Source: Actinomycetota bacterium
GTDB lineage: Bacteria > Actinomycetota > Aquicultoria > CAJVYJ01 > JAUVQD01
Direction of reading: 5' to 3'
NCBI GenBank assembly: GCA_030679975.1
Contig: JAUXSL010000102.1
Location: 1 to 46,221, forward strand
DNA: 46,221 nt
In this document: positions 31,612 through 40,601 of the stretch, in pieces
Position numbering within the stretch: the first letter of the stretch is position 1
How the letters are laid out: every line of letters starts with the position of its first letter
Position numbers and translations under genes: made by a program
The notes under the pieces: generated by a model
What the model saw: only the letters and a program-made list of their open reading frames with translations
Told to the model about the DNA's origin: nothing
Database searches by the model: none

Positions 31612-34419
31612 TTGGGGGTTGCGTTGAACGAGAAGCCCAGTTATAAAGACACTCTGAATCTGCCCCGGACCGACTTTCCAATGAAGGGAAATCTGCCGCG
31701 GCTGGAGCCGGAACTTTTAGATAAATGGGCTGAATTGAAGATAAGCGCCAAGCTGGCGCAGCCCAAACAAGATCAACCCACTTTTATCCTTCACGACGGT
31801 CCGCCTTATGCCAACGGGGATATCCATCTCGGACACACGCTTAACAAGGTCCTTAAAGACATTATCGTCCGAAGTAAGGCCATGGCCGGCCATTATAGCC
31901 CATTCGTGCCGGGATGGGACTGCCACGGCCAGCCGATCGAACATGAAGTCGAGAAAAGACTCGGCCGGGAAAGAGCCGATATCGGCACGGCGGAAATACG
32001 TCGTCTTTGCCGGGAATATGCCTTGAAGTTTGTCGACCGTCAGAGGGGGCAATTCAAGCGATTGGGTGTCGGCGGCATCTGGGACGAACCTTATCTAACC
32101 CTCGATCCGGGCTACGAAGCGACGGTCGTGCGGATATTCAATCAGCTTTACCAAGAGGGGCTTATCTACCGGGGCCGAAAGCCGATACACTGGTGCTATC
32201 GGTGCAAGACCGCTTTAGCCGAGGCGGAGATCGAATATGAGGACGAGCCTTCGCCCTCGATATATATTAAATTTCCCCTGCTCGACGACTTCGAACCGCT
32301 GGCTAAGGCGAGTGGGAACAAAAGTCTGTTAGTGTGGACGACAACGCCGTGGACCTTGCCGGCCAACGTCGCTGTGGCTGTAAACCCAAACGCCGATTAT
32401 GCGGCGGTAAGCGACGGTCGGGATATATATATTTTGGCGGACGCGCTGGTCTCAGCGGTCGAAAAGATAGCCGGTCGGGAACTTGTCAAGATCGCCGGCT
32501 TTAAGGGCGAGAGCCTGGTCGGGCTGGGCTGTAAACATCCGACTAAAGAATACCGGTCGCCGGTCGTGGCGGCGGATTTTGTGGCGTTGGACCAGGGTAC
32601 CGGCTGCGTGCATATCGCCCCGGGCCACGGCGAGGAAGACTATCTTATCGGGCAAAAATATAACCTGCCTTCACCGATGCCGGTTGATGAAAACGGCCGG
32701 TTTACGGAAGAAGCCGGCGCGCTCGCGGGTCTGCATATCATCGAGGCCAACGACCGTATTATAGAGGACCTTAAAGATAGAGGCATTTTGCTTATGTCCG
32801 GGTCGATCGACCACTCTTATCCTCATTGCTGGCGTTGCAAGCAACCGGTTATATTTCGGGCAACCGAGCAGTGGTTTGTTTCGATGGATGCCGGGGACTT
32901 GAGGCAACGGGCCCTGCGGGCCATCCAATCGGTTAAATGGGTACCGGACTGGAGCATCAGGCGGATCAGCGGTATGGTCTCGGAGCGACCCGACTGGTGT
33001 ATCTCCCGCCAGCGATCGTGGGGGGTGCCGATTCCGATCATATTCTGTGGAGATTGCGGACAAATTTTAGCCGGCGTCGATATCTTAAAGCATATCGAGG
33101 CGCTTTTTCGGGCGCAGGGGGCCGATGTCTGGTTTGCCAGAGAACCGGTTGAGCTCTTGCCGCCGGGTACTGTCTGCCCGAAATGCTCGGGCGCGGATTT
33201 CAGAAAAGAAAACGACATCCTGGATGTCTGGTTTGAATCCGGTGTCAGCCACGCCGCTGTCTTGGAAACGCGCTCTGAGCTGTCCTGGCCCGCGGACCTA
33301 TATTTAGAAGGGTCCGATCAGCATCGCGGTTGGTTCCAGTCGTCATTGCTGACGTCGGTGGGGACGAAGTCGACCGCGCCCTACCGTGAGGTGCTGACCC
33401 ACGGTTTTCTGGTGGACGGGGAGGGAAGAAAGATGTCCAAATCGCTCGGCAACGTCATCGATCCGTTAAAGGTTATCGAGCGCTCCGGAGCGGATATTCT
33501 CAGGTTGTGGGTATGTTCCGCCGACTACAGTTCGGATATCGCCATCTCCGACGAGATATTGGATCGCATCAGCGAAGCGTATAGAAGGGTGCGAAATACT
33601 CTCAGATTTCTATTGGGCAGCCTCGCCGATTTTGACCCGGCCAGGGACAAGGTCGATTACGCTGATATGGAAGCGATAGACAAGTGGGTGCTGATACGGA
33701 TGGACGAGTTGATCGCCAAGGTCCTGGGGGCTTATGAGGATTACCGTTTGCACATTGTCTACCATTCGATCTATAACTTCTGCACGGTCGATCTAAGCTC
33801 ATTCTATTTGGACGTGTCAAAGGACCGATTGTATACATCGGCGACGAACAGCAAAGCGCGAAGGTCGGCGCAGACGGCCATTTTCGAGCTGGCGGAAAGT
33901 TTGATAAAGATCGTCAGTCCTGTGCTGGTCTTTACCGCCGATGAAGCCTGGTCTTATCTGCCGGACAGGCCTGCCGATGAGCCGAGCGTTCACTTGAGCC
34001 GGATGCCTGTCGGCAATAACGCCCGCATAGATATGAAACTTAAGGACGAATGGGGAAAACTATTACTCATCAGGCAGGAAACTTCAAAGGCTCTGGAAGC
34101 GGCGCGAACGGCCAGGTTGATCGGCAGCTCTCTCGAAGCGAAGATAAGGCTGTCGGCGCCGAAGGAATATGAAGAAGTGTTGACAGTCTACGCCCGGGAT
34201 CTGGCGGCTGTTTTTATCGTCTCTCAGGTCGAGTTGGTCGCTGAGGGAACAGCGGTCTCTAACGCGTTCGAGAGTCAAGCGATACCAGGGGTGGTCGTTG
34301 AAGTGGACCGGGCTCAAGGGCATAAATGCGCCCGGTGTTGGAATTGGCGGCTTGAGGTCGGGGAAAACTCCGACCATCCGGAACTATGCGGGCGTTGCCT
34401 GGAGGCGATCGGCGCTTAA
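31612..34419 (+). CDS. ileS: Isoleucine--tRNA ligase, type 1
   Basis: LHDGPPYANGDIHLGH, GWDCHG, WTTTPWT, DWCISRQR, EGSDQHRGWF, KMSKS, C-terminal CARC...CGRC; start may be TTG 31624. Confidence 0.97.
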   Translation: MGVALNEKPSYKDTLNLPRTDFPMKGNLPRLEPELLDKWAELKISAKLAQPKQDQPTFILHDGPPYANGDIHLGHTLNKVLKDIIVRSKAMAGHYSPFVPGWDCHGQPIEHEVEKRLGRERADIGTAEIRRLCREYALKFVDRQRGQFKRLGVGGIWDEPYLTLDPGYEATVVRIFNQLYQEGLIYRGRKPIHWCYRCKTALAEAEIEYEDEPSPSIYIKFPLLDDFEPLAKASGNKSLLVWTTTPWTLPANVAVAVNPNADYAAVSDGRDIYILADALVSAVEKIAGRELVKIAGFKGESLVGLGCKHPTKEYRSPVVAADFVALDQGTGCVHIAPGHGEEDYLIGQKYNLPSPMPVDENGRFTEEAGALAGLHIIEANDRIIEDLKDRGILLMSGSIDHSYPHCWRCKQPVIFRATEQWFVSMDAGDLRQRALRAIQSVKWVPDWSIRRISGMVSERPDWCISRQRSWGVPIPIIFCGDCGQILAGVDILKHIEALFRAQGADVWFAREPVELLPPGTVCPKCSGADFRKENDILDVWFESGVSHAAVLETRSELSWPADLYLEGSDQHRGWFQSSLLTSVGTKSTAPYREVLTHGFLVDGEGRKMSKSLGNVIDPLKVIERSGADILRLWVCSADYSSDIAISDEILDRISEAYRRVRNTLRFLLGSLADFDPARDKVDYADMEAIDKWVLIRMDELIAKVLGAYEDYRLHIVYHSIYNFCTVDLSSFYLDVSKDRLYTSATNSKARRSAQTAIFELAESLIKIVSPVLVFTADEAWSYLPDRPADEPSVHLSRMPVGNNARIDMKLKDEWGKLLLIRQETSKALEAARTARLIGSSLEAKIRLSAPKEYEEVLTVYARDLAAVFIVSQVELVAEGTAVSNAFESQAIPGVVVEVDRAQGHKCARCWNWRLEVGENSDHPELCGRCLEAIGA

Positions 34420-34422
34420 AGC

Positions 34423-34812
34423 TTGGAGGAACTTGTGGACAAGAACAAGATCGAGACGTTCAAGGAAAAGCTGCTAAAAGAAGAGCGGCGATTGGCGGAA
34501 GAGCTGGAAACAATGCATTCAGAGAATGTTAACACCCGGTTCAATCCGGAAGAATATGGCGGTGACGGCAATTATGAAGATCACATAGCCGACGCGGCCT
34601 CAAACACTTTTGACCGCGAGCGGGATCTGTCGCTCGAACAAAACATCCAAGATCTTCTGGCGCAGGTCGGGGACGCTCTGCGGCGCATCAAAGACGGCAC
34701 ATACGGTAGATGCACAAACTGCGATAAACTGATGGCCGAGGCAAGGCTCAGAGCCATTCCTTACGCCGATTTATGTATAGATTGTAAAGAAGAAGAAGAA
34801 CGCCATCGGTGA
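34423..34812 (+). CDS. TraR/DksA C4-type zinc finger protein
   Basis: HIADAAS.TFDRE, ALRRI.DGTYG.C..C....ARL.AIPYA.LC..C. Confidence 0.9.
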   Translation: MEELVDKNKIETFKEKLLKEERRLAEELETMHSENVNTRFNPEEYGGDGNYEDHIADAASNTFDRERDLSLEQNIQDLLAQVGDALRRIKDGTYGRCTNCDKLMAEARLRAIPYADLCIDCKEEEERHR

Positions 34813-35282
34813 TTAGGCAAAACGAAGAGACCTCATCGAGCATGGCTTTTTGGGTTGCCGCTTCAGCGGTGCTCATTCTCGATCGGGCGACTAAGCTGGT
34901 TATTACGCGCCATCTGGACCTGGGAAGATCTATCCCTGTTATTCGGGGCTATTTCCAAATAAGTTACGTGCGCAATCCGGGCGGCGCGTTCGGGTTCCTG
35001 CCGGGCGGCCGCACGTTTTTTTTATTGGCCTCGATCATCGCCGTCGGCGGTATCATCGCTTACAAAAGCCGACGGGGGCCGCAGAAACCGCTCACCGATC
35101 TTTCCTTGGGCTTGATATTGGGCGCCGCCGCCGGCAACCTTATCGATCGTCTTCTATATGGCTCGGTGGTCGATTGGCTTGATTTCAAGATCTGGCCCGT
35201 CTTCAATATTGCCGATGCGGCTTTGGTGGTTGGACTCGGCTTGTTCTCTCTTGAGATCATTCGCTCGAATAGAAGTGCTTAG
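34809..35282 (+). CDS. lspA: Lipoprotein signal peptidase II
   Basis: LDRATK, NPGGAFG, GNLIDR, VVDWL, PVFNIAD. Confidence 0.94.
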   Translation: MIRQNEETSSSMAFWVAASAVLILDRATKLVITRHLDLGRSIPVIRGYFQISYVRNPGGAFGFLPGGRTFFLLASIIAVGGIIAYKSRRGPQKPLTDLSLGLILGAAAGNLIDRLLYGSVVDWLDFKIWPVFNIADAALVVGLGLFSLEIIRSNRSA

Positions 35283-35285
35283 CTT

Positions 35286-36236
35286 ATGACAGAGCCACTG
35301 AGCGCGATTGCCGGCATTGACGATGAAGGTTTGCGTCTGGACATATTTTTGGCTAACTGTCCGGGGGTCATCTCGCGCAGCCAGGCCCAGCAGATGATCG
35401 AGACCGGCAAAGCCAGGGTCGCGAATGCGGTCAGGCCGAAAAACCATCATCTTAAGATTGGCGACATCGTGACCTACGAGGTGCCGGCGCCACCCGCTAC
35501 GGTAGAACCCGAACAAATCGACTTGAGAATCGTCTATGAGGACGATGCCTTGCTGGTCATCGATAAACCAGCCGGCATGGTCGTCCACCCCGGCGCCGGT
35601 AACCACAACGGGACCTTGGTCAACGCCGCTTTGGCCCATACTAAGCTGGCCAATGTCGGGGCGCCGCTGAGGCCCGGCATCGTCCACCGGTTAGACAAGG
35701 GGACGAGCGGCTTGATGGTTGTCGCGAAGACGGATCAAGCGTATATGGCGCTGGTGGAGCAGATAAAAGAGCGCCGTGTAAGCCGAAAGTACCTGACCCT
35801 GGTGCGGGGAGACTTCGGTGAACCCGGGGGCCGCATCGAGGCGCCGATTCGGCGAAGCGCTAAAGACCGCAAGATAATGACGGTGGGTGTCTCCGGAGGC
35901 AAGGAAGCCGTAACGAACTTTCGCGTTCTGGCAACCGCGGCGAACTATTCTCTGGTTGAAGTCGCTCTGGAAACCGGGCGTACCCACCAGATTCGGGTCC
36001 ACTTCAAATTTATCAATCATCCGGTCATCGGCGACCCCGTGTACGGCGCGACCGGCAGCGGCGGGCCCCTCGATCTGACCCGCCAGTTTCTCCACGCCTA
36101 TCGGCTTGAATTTTATCATCCGGTCACCGGGGAAAGAATGGCATTTAGCATTGATTTACCGGCAGACTTGAAGCAGGCTTTGGATAAGATCGAGGGGTTA
36201 TCGCTTAAGTTGCCAAAGCAAGGGCAAAGGGATTAA
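35286..36236 (+). CDS. rluD: RluA-family 23S rRNA pseudouridine synthase with S4 domain
   Basis: RLDIFL, KPAGMVVHP, GIVHRLDKGTSG, ETGRTHQIRVH, GDPVYG, LHA. Confidence 0.9.
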   Translation: MTEPLSAIAGIDDEGLRLDIFLANCPGVISRSQAQQMIETGKARVANAVRPKNHHLKIGDIVTYEVPAPPATVEPEQIDLRIVYEDDALLVIDKPAGMVVHPGAGNHNGTLVNAALAHTKLANVGAPLRPGIVHRLDKGTSGLMVVAKTDQAYMALVEQIKERRVSRKYLTLVRGDFGEPGGRIEAPIRRSAKDRKIMTVGVSGGKEAVTNFRVLATAANYSLVEVALETGRTHQIRVHFKFINHPVIGDPVYGATGSGGPLDLTRQFLHAYRLEFYHPVTGERMAFSIDLPADLKQALDKIEGLSLKLPKQGQRD

Positions 36237-36245
36237 ATATTCAAG

Positions 36246-39032
36246 ATGGTCGAACCCGATCTTAAGATATGGGCGCTGCCCAAGAGCGAAGTATTCGATT
36301 CGCTGGGTTCTTCGACCGACGGGCTAGATGACGGCCAGGCCGGGGCGCGGCTGGAGGAATACGGCCCAAACGCGATCGAGGCAGGCCGGAAAAGCTCCCT
36401 CCTCCTGAAGTTCTTGGCCAACTTCTATCACTTGATGGCCTTGCTTCTCTGGGCCGCGGCTGCTTTTGCGTTTCTCGGCCAACAACCTCAACTAGGCTGG
36501 GCTGTAATCGGCGTCATCGTGATAAACGCCTTGTTCAGCTTCTTTCAAGAATATAAGGCTGAAAAAGCCACGGAAGCGCTTCAGAAACTTGTGCCCTTGC
36601 GAGCTAAGGTGATCAGGGGCGGGAAGCGCCTTGACATACCGGCGTCGGAGCTGGTCCCCGGTGACTTAATGGTCCTAGAGGAAGGGGACAAGATATCGGC
36701 CGATGCGCGAGTGGCCGAAGAATTTGAACTGCGTACCGATAATTCCACCTTGACCGGCGAATCAGAGCCTGTCAGAAGAACCGCTGACGCTTACATAGGC
36801 GAGGATATCTCAGCAGTCGAGGCGCCTAATCTGGTCTTTGCCGGGACCGCCGTGGCCTTCGGTTCGGGGCGCGCCGTAGCCTTCGCAACCGGCATGGCGA
36901 CCGAGTTCGGCAAGATAGCCAAGATGACGCAAGCGGTCACCCCTGAATTAAGCCCGCTGCAAAAAGAGATAAATCGTGTCGTAAAAATAATAGCGATGAT
37001 AGCGGCAGGCTCAGGTGTTCTCCTGTTCATCGTCGGTTCTCAGATCGCGTCGCTGAGTGTCTCTAAAAGCTTTACTTTCGCTATCGGAATGATCGTCGCC
37101 AATGTTCCGGAAGGTCTCCTGCCGACGGTCACTCTGGCCTTAGCGGTCGGTGTGCAAAGGTTGGTCAAGAAACACGCGCTGGTCAAGAAGCTCTCTTCAG
37201 TTGAGACGCTGGGTTCGACCAACGTGATCTGCACGGATAAGACCGGGACTTTGACTCAAAACGAGATGACTGTCAGGGAGATATGGTTTGATTCCCAGTC
37301 AATAAGGGTCGGCGGCGGCGGTTACGAACCGGTCGGGGACTTTTTCCCGGAAAACGCGGACCGGGCGCTGAACGATGACGAGATGACCCGGCTCCGGCCG
37401 TTGCTGGAGTCGGCGGTTCTATGCAACAACGCGCGGGCTTTGGCGCCGGATGACGAGCACGCGAAGTGGCACATCCTTGGAGATCCGACGGAAGCGGCGC
37501 TGGTAGTAGCGGCGAAAAAAGCGGGCATCGACGATGACGAGCTTTGGCGTCGCCGGGCCCGCATCTTTGAACTGCCTTTTGATTCCCGTCGAAAACGGAT
37601 GTCCACCATCAACCTGGAAGACAAAGACAAGGTGGCCAACGTTAAAGGCGCGCCAAAAGAGGTGTTGGCGCTTTGTGACAGCATCTTTTCCGCGGGGAGC
37701 GTAAGGCCCCTGACCGAGGCCGACCGGGCCGCTGTAATAGAAGCCAACGACACTTACGCCCGGGGCGCGTTAAGAGTGATCGCGGTAGCCAGAAGGATCA
37801 TACCGGCCGACCTTGCCGGCGACATAAGCCCTGAGACTGTCGAGAACAATCTGACGTTTTTGGGCTTGATGGCCATGATGGACCCGCCGAGGCCGGAGGT
37901 GGAGGCGGCGCTTATGGACTGTCGCACCGCCGGTATACGGGTCATCATGATAACCGGCGATTACGGTCTGACCGCCGAATCGATCGCCAGACGTATCAAC
38001 CTGGTGCAGGGCGATAAATTAAGGACGATCATCGGGGCCGAGATCGACTCCATGACGGAAGATGACTTAAAGAAGGCGCTCGGCGAAGGGGAGGTGCTTT
38101 TTGCCAGGGTCTCCCCCGAACACAAGATGATGGTGGCGGCGGCGCTAAAATCGATGGGGCAGATAGTCGCCATGACGGGAGACGGCGTGAACGACGCACC
38201 GGCTCTTCGAAAAGCCGACATTGGCGTGGCCATGGGCATTACGGGCACGGACGTGGCTAAGGAAGCTTCGGAGATGATCATCACCGACGACAATTTCGCC
38301 AGCATCGTTCACGCCGTCAAAGAAGGCCGCGTCGTCTTTGAAAATATGCAAAAGTTTATCGTCTACATCTTCGCGCACCTGACTCCGGAAATGGTGCCTT
38401 TCATCCTCTTTGTGTTGCTGCAAAAGTATGGTATGCCGATGGGAATATCGGTTATGCAAATACTCGCTATCGACCTCGGCACCGAAACCATTCCGGCCCT
38501 GGGCCTGGGCGTCGAGGAGGCCGAGCCGGGGATCATGGAGCGGAAGCCGCGTAGCCGCAAGGACGGCCTGGTTAATAAGGCGATATTGTTCCGGGCATAC
38601 GTTTTCCTCGGTCTGATCGAATCAGCGTTGGTCATGGGGGGCATGTTCTGGGTCCTGTTCAGGGGCGGCTGGCATTTCGGGATGGCCGACATATCCAACC
38701 CGGCAAGCCCGCATTACACGCTATTTCTGAAGGCAACCACTATGACATTCCTGGGGATTGTGACGGCCCAGGTGGGCACGGTCTTTGCCAGCCGGACAAA
38801 TAAAGCCTCGCTGTTTGAAGTGGGTTTCTTCAGTAATACCTGGGTAAACATAGGTATAGTGTTTGAGTTGGCGCTTGCCGCCGTTTTAATGTATGTTCCG
38901 TTTCTAAGCAGGTTTTTCGGGACGGCGCCGCTTGGGCCGGTCGAGTGGGTGGTAGCGCTGTCATTCGCGCCGGTTATCTTGAGTGCGGAAGAAATAAGAA
39001 AATGGTTAAGGCGAAGAAGCGGCCGGGCGTGA
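36246..39032 (+). CDS. P2-type cation-transporting ATPase with Na,K-ATPase-like (P2C) transmembrane motifs
   Basis: TGES, IVANVPEGLLPT, DKTGTLT, KGAP, DPPR, TGDGVNDAPAL, ILAIDLGTE. Confidence 0.9.
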   Translation: MVEPDLKIWALPKSEVFDSLGSSTDGLDDGQAGARLEEYGPNAIEAGRKSSLLLKFLANFYHLMALLLWAAAAFAFLGQQPQLGWAVIGVIVINALFSFFQEYKAEKATEALQKLVPLRAKVIRGGKRLDIPASELVPGDLMVLEEGDKISADARVAEEFELRTDNSTLTGESEPVRRTADAYIGEDISAVEAPNLVFAGTAVAFGSGRAVAFATGMATEFGKIAKMTQAVTPELSPLQKEINRVVKIIAMIAAGSGVLLFIVGSQIASLSVSKSFTFAIGMIVANVPEGLLPTVTLALAVGVQRLVKKHALVKKLSSVETLGSTNVICTDKTGTLTQNEMTVREIWFDSQSIRVGGGGYEPVGDFFPENADRALNDDEMTRLRPLLESAVLCNNARALAPDDEHAKWHILGDPTEAALVVAAKKAGIDDDELWRRRARIFELPFDSRRKRMSTINLEDKDKVANVKGAPKEVLALCDSIFSAGSVRPLTEADRAAVIEANDTYARGALRVIAVARRIIPADLAGDISPETVENNLTFLGLMAMMDPPRPEVEAALMDCRTAGIRVIMITGDYGLTAESIARRINLVQGDKLRTIIGAEIDSMTEDDLKKALGEGEVLFARVSPEHKMMVAAALKSMGQIVAMTGDGVNDAPALRKADIGVAMGITGTDVAKEASEMIITDDNFASIVHAVKEGRVVFENMQKFIVYIFAHLTPEMVPFILFVLLQKYGMPMGISVMQILAIDLGTETIPALGLGVEEAEPGIMERKPRSRKDGLVNKAILFRAYVFLGLIESALVMGGMFWVLFRGGWHFGMADISNPASPHYTLFLKATTMTFLGIVTAQVGTVFASRTNKASLFEVGFFSNTWVNIGIVFELALAAVLMYVPFLSRFFGTAPLGPVEWVVALSFAPVILSAEEIRKWLRRRSGRA

Positions 39033-39060
39033 ATATGGTTGGAAGGCGGGAGGTAAACAA

Positions 39061-39711
39061 GTGTACGTAGTCATCATGGGTTGCGGTAGAGTCGGGTCGC
39101 AGCTGGCCAAAGTTCTGACTCTCGAAGGGCATCAGGTGGCCGTTATTGACAAAGACAGTGCCGCTTTTAAGCGGCTGGGGCCGACTTTCACCGGCAATAA
39201 ATACGAGGGGATAGGCTTCGACCTTGAAGTATTAAAGGCGGCCGGGATTGAAAAGGCCGATGCTTTCGTTTCGGTGACAAACGGCGACAATACGAACATC
39301 CTCGGCGCCCGCATCGCCAAGAACACTTTTCGGGTGCCGAAAGTGATCGCCAGGATTTACGACCCCGTTCGCGAAAAACTCTACCGGCAGATGGGCATCC
39401 AAACTATCTCATCGACCAGCTGGGCGGCTAATAAAATCAAAGACCTGGTGCTTCACGCGGAACTTGTCCGTCACTTGAGCTTTGGCAACGGTGAGGTCGA
39501 TTTAATCGAAGGTGAGGTGGCGCCGGCGCTGGCCGGGGCCAGAGTCGCCGACCTGAATATTCCCGGTGAGGTAAAAGTAGTGGCGGTTATCCGGCTCGGG
39601 AGCGCCTTTATTCCCGGCTTGGGAACGGAGCTTCAGGCAGGCGATGGGGTACAATTCACAGTGCTCTCATCGGCCATGCCGAAGTTAAAGAAATTACTCC
39701 ATCTTTCTTAA
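39061..39711 (+). CDS. trkA: TrkA/CeoB-like RCK protein
   Basis: GCGRVG, AGIEKAD, GDNTNI, VIARIYDP; RCK_N plus RCK_C. Confidence 0.85.
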   Translation: MYVVIMGCGRVGSQLAKVLTLEGHQVAVIDKDSAAFKRLGPTFTGNKYEGIGFDLEVLKAAGIEKADAFVSVTNGDNTNILGARIAKNTFRVPKVIARIYDPVREKLYRQMGIQTISSTSWAANKIKDLVLHAELVRHLSFGNGEVDLIEGEVAPALAGARVADLNIPGEVKVVAVIRLGSAFIPGLGTELQAGDGVQFTVLSSAMPKLKKLLHLS

Positions 39712-39718
39712 GGGGGGC

Positions 39719-40390
39719 GTGATGTTCGCGATAATTATCGGCGGAGGCCGAACGGGTTCATACTTGGCGAAGACATTGATAGAGTCCGGTAACGACGTAG
39801 TTGTCATGGAGCAAAAACCGGAAGTTTTCGCCAAACTTGTTCAAGAGGTCGAGGCTCGTAGTTTCCTGGCTGACGGTTGCGATCCCGAGCAGTTGGAGCT
39901 GGTCGGCATTGGCCAGGCCGATCTGGTCGTGGCTATGACAGGCGACGATGAAGACAATCTGGTCGTATCCTGGCTGGCCAAGTATGTCTATAACGTCAAG
40001 AGGGTCATCGCCAGGGTCAATAACCCGCGCAACCGGTGGCTCTTTAGCGCCGAATGGGGCGTTGACGCGGCGGTAAGCGCCGTACATATCATAAGCAAAT
40101 TAATAGAGGAAGAAGCGTCCCTGGGAGAGATAGTCACTCTCTTAAAACTTGGCGAGGGGGATGTATCTTTGGTCGAGTTGACAATATCGGAAGACAGCCC
40201 GGGTGCGGGCGCGCCGCTGCGCGATCTAAAAATACCCGACGACGCGGTCCTGGTCACCATTGTCAGAGACGGCCGGGTGTTGATACCAAAATCCGAGACT
40301 GTGCTTGAGCCCAACGATGAGGTTTTAGCCGTCGTATCGCCGGCAAGCGAACGTCAACTAGCCGACGCGATCGGAGCGCGAACTAAGTAG
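39719..40390 (+). CDS. trkA: TrkA/CeoC-like RCK protein
   Basis: GGGRTG, TGDDEDNLV, IARVNNPRNRWLF...WGVD.AVS, RCK_C. Confidence 0.85.
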   Translation: MMFAIIIGGGRTGSYLAKTLIESGNDVVVMEQKPEVFAKLVQEVEARSFLADGCDPEQLELVGIGQADLVVAMTGDDEDNLVVSWLAKYVYNVKRVIARVNNPRNRWLFSAEWGVDAAVSAVHIISKLIEEEASLGEIVTLLKLGEGDVSLVELTISEDSPGAGAPLRDLKIPDDAVLVTIVRDGRVLIPKSETVLEPNDEVLAVVSPASERQLADAIGARTK

Positions 40391-40601
40391 ATCCCCTCGA
40401 CTTACCACTTAAAACTTGAAGCTTTGCCACGTTTTCGCTTGACGGGGTGTTAATGTGCTGCTATGTATAAAATGCCGTTTGGCTGTTTGTCGCTAAAGCC
40501 GTAACCCGTTGTTTCCCGATCGAAAGAAACCCCAGCTTCATCTGTCGCATAGCCAAAGGGCAATAATAATGGTTTGATTTAGTCCGGAGGTGCCTGACAT
40601 C

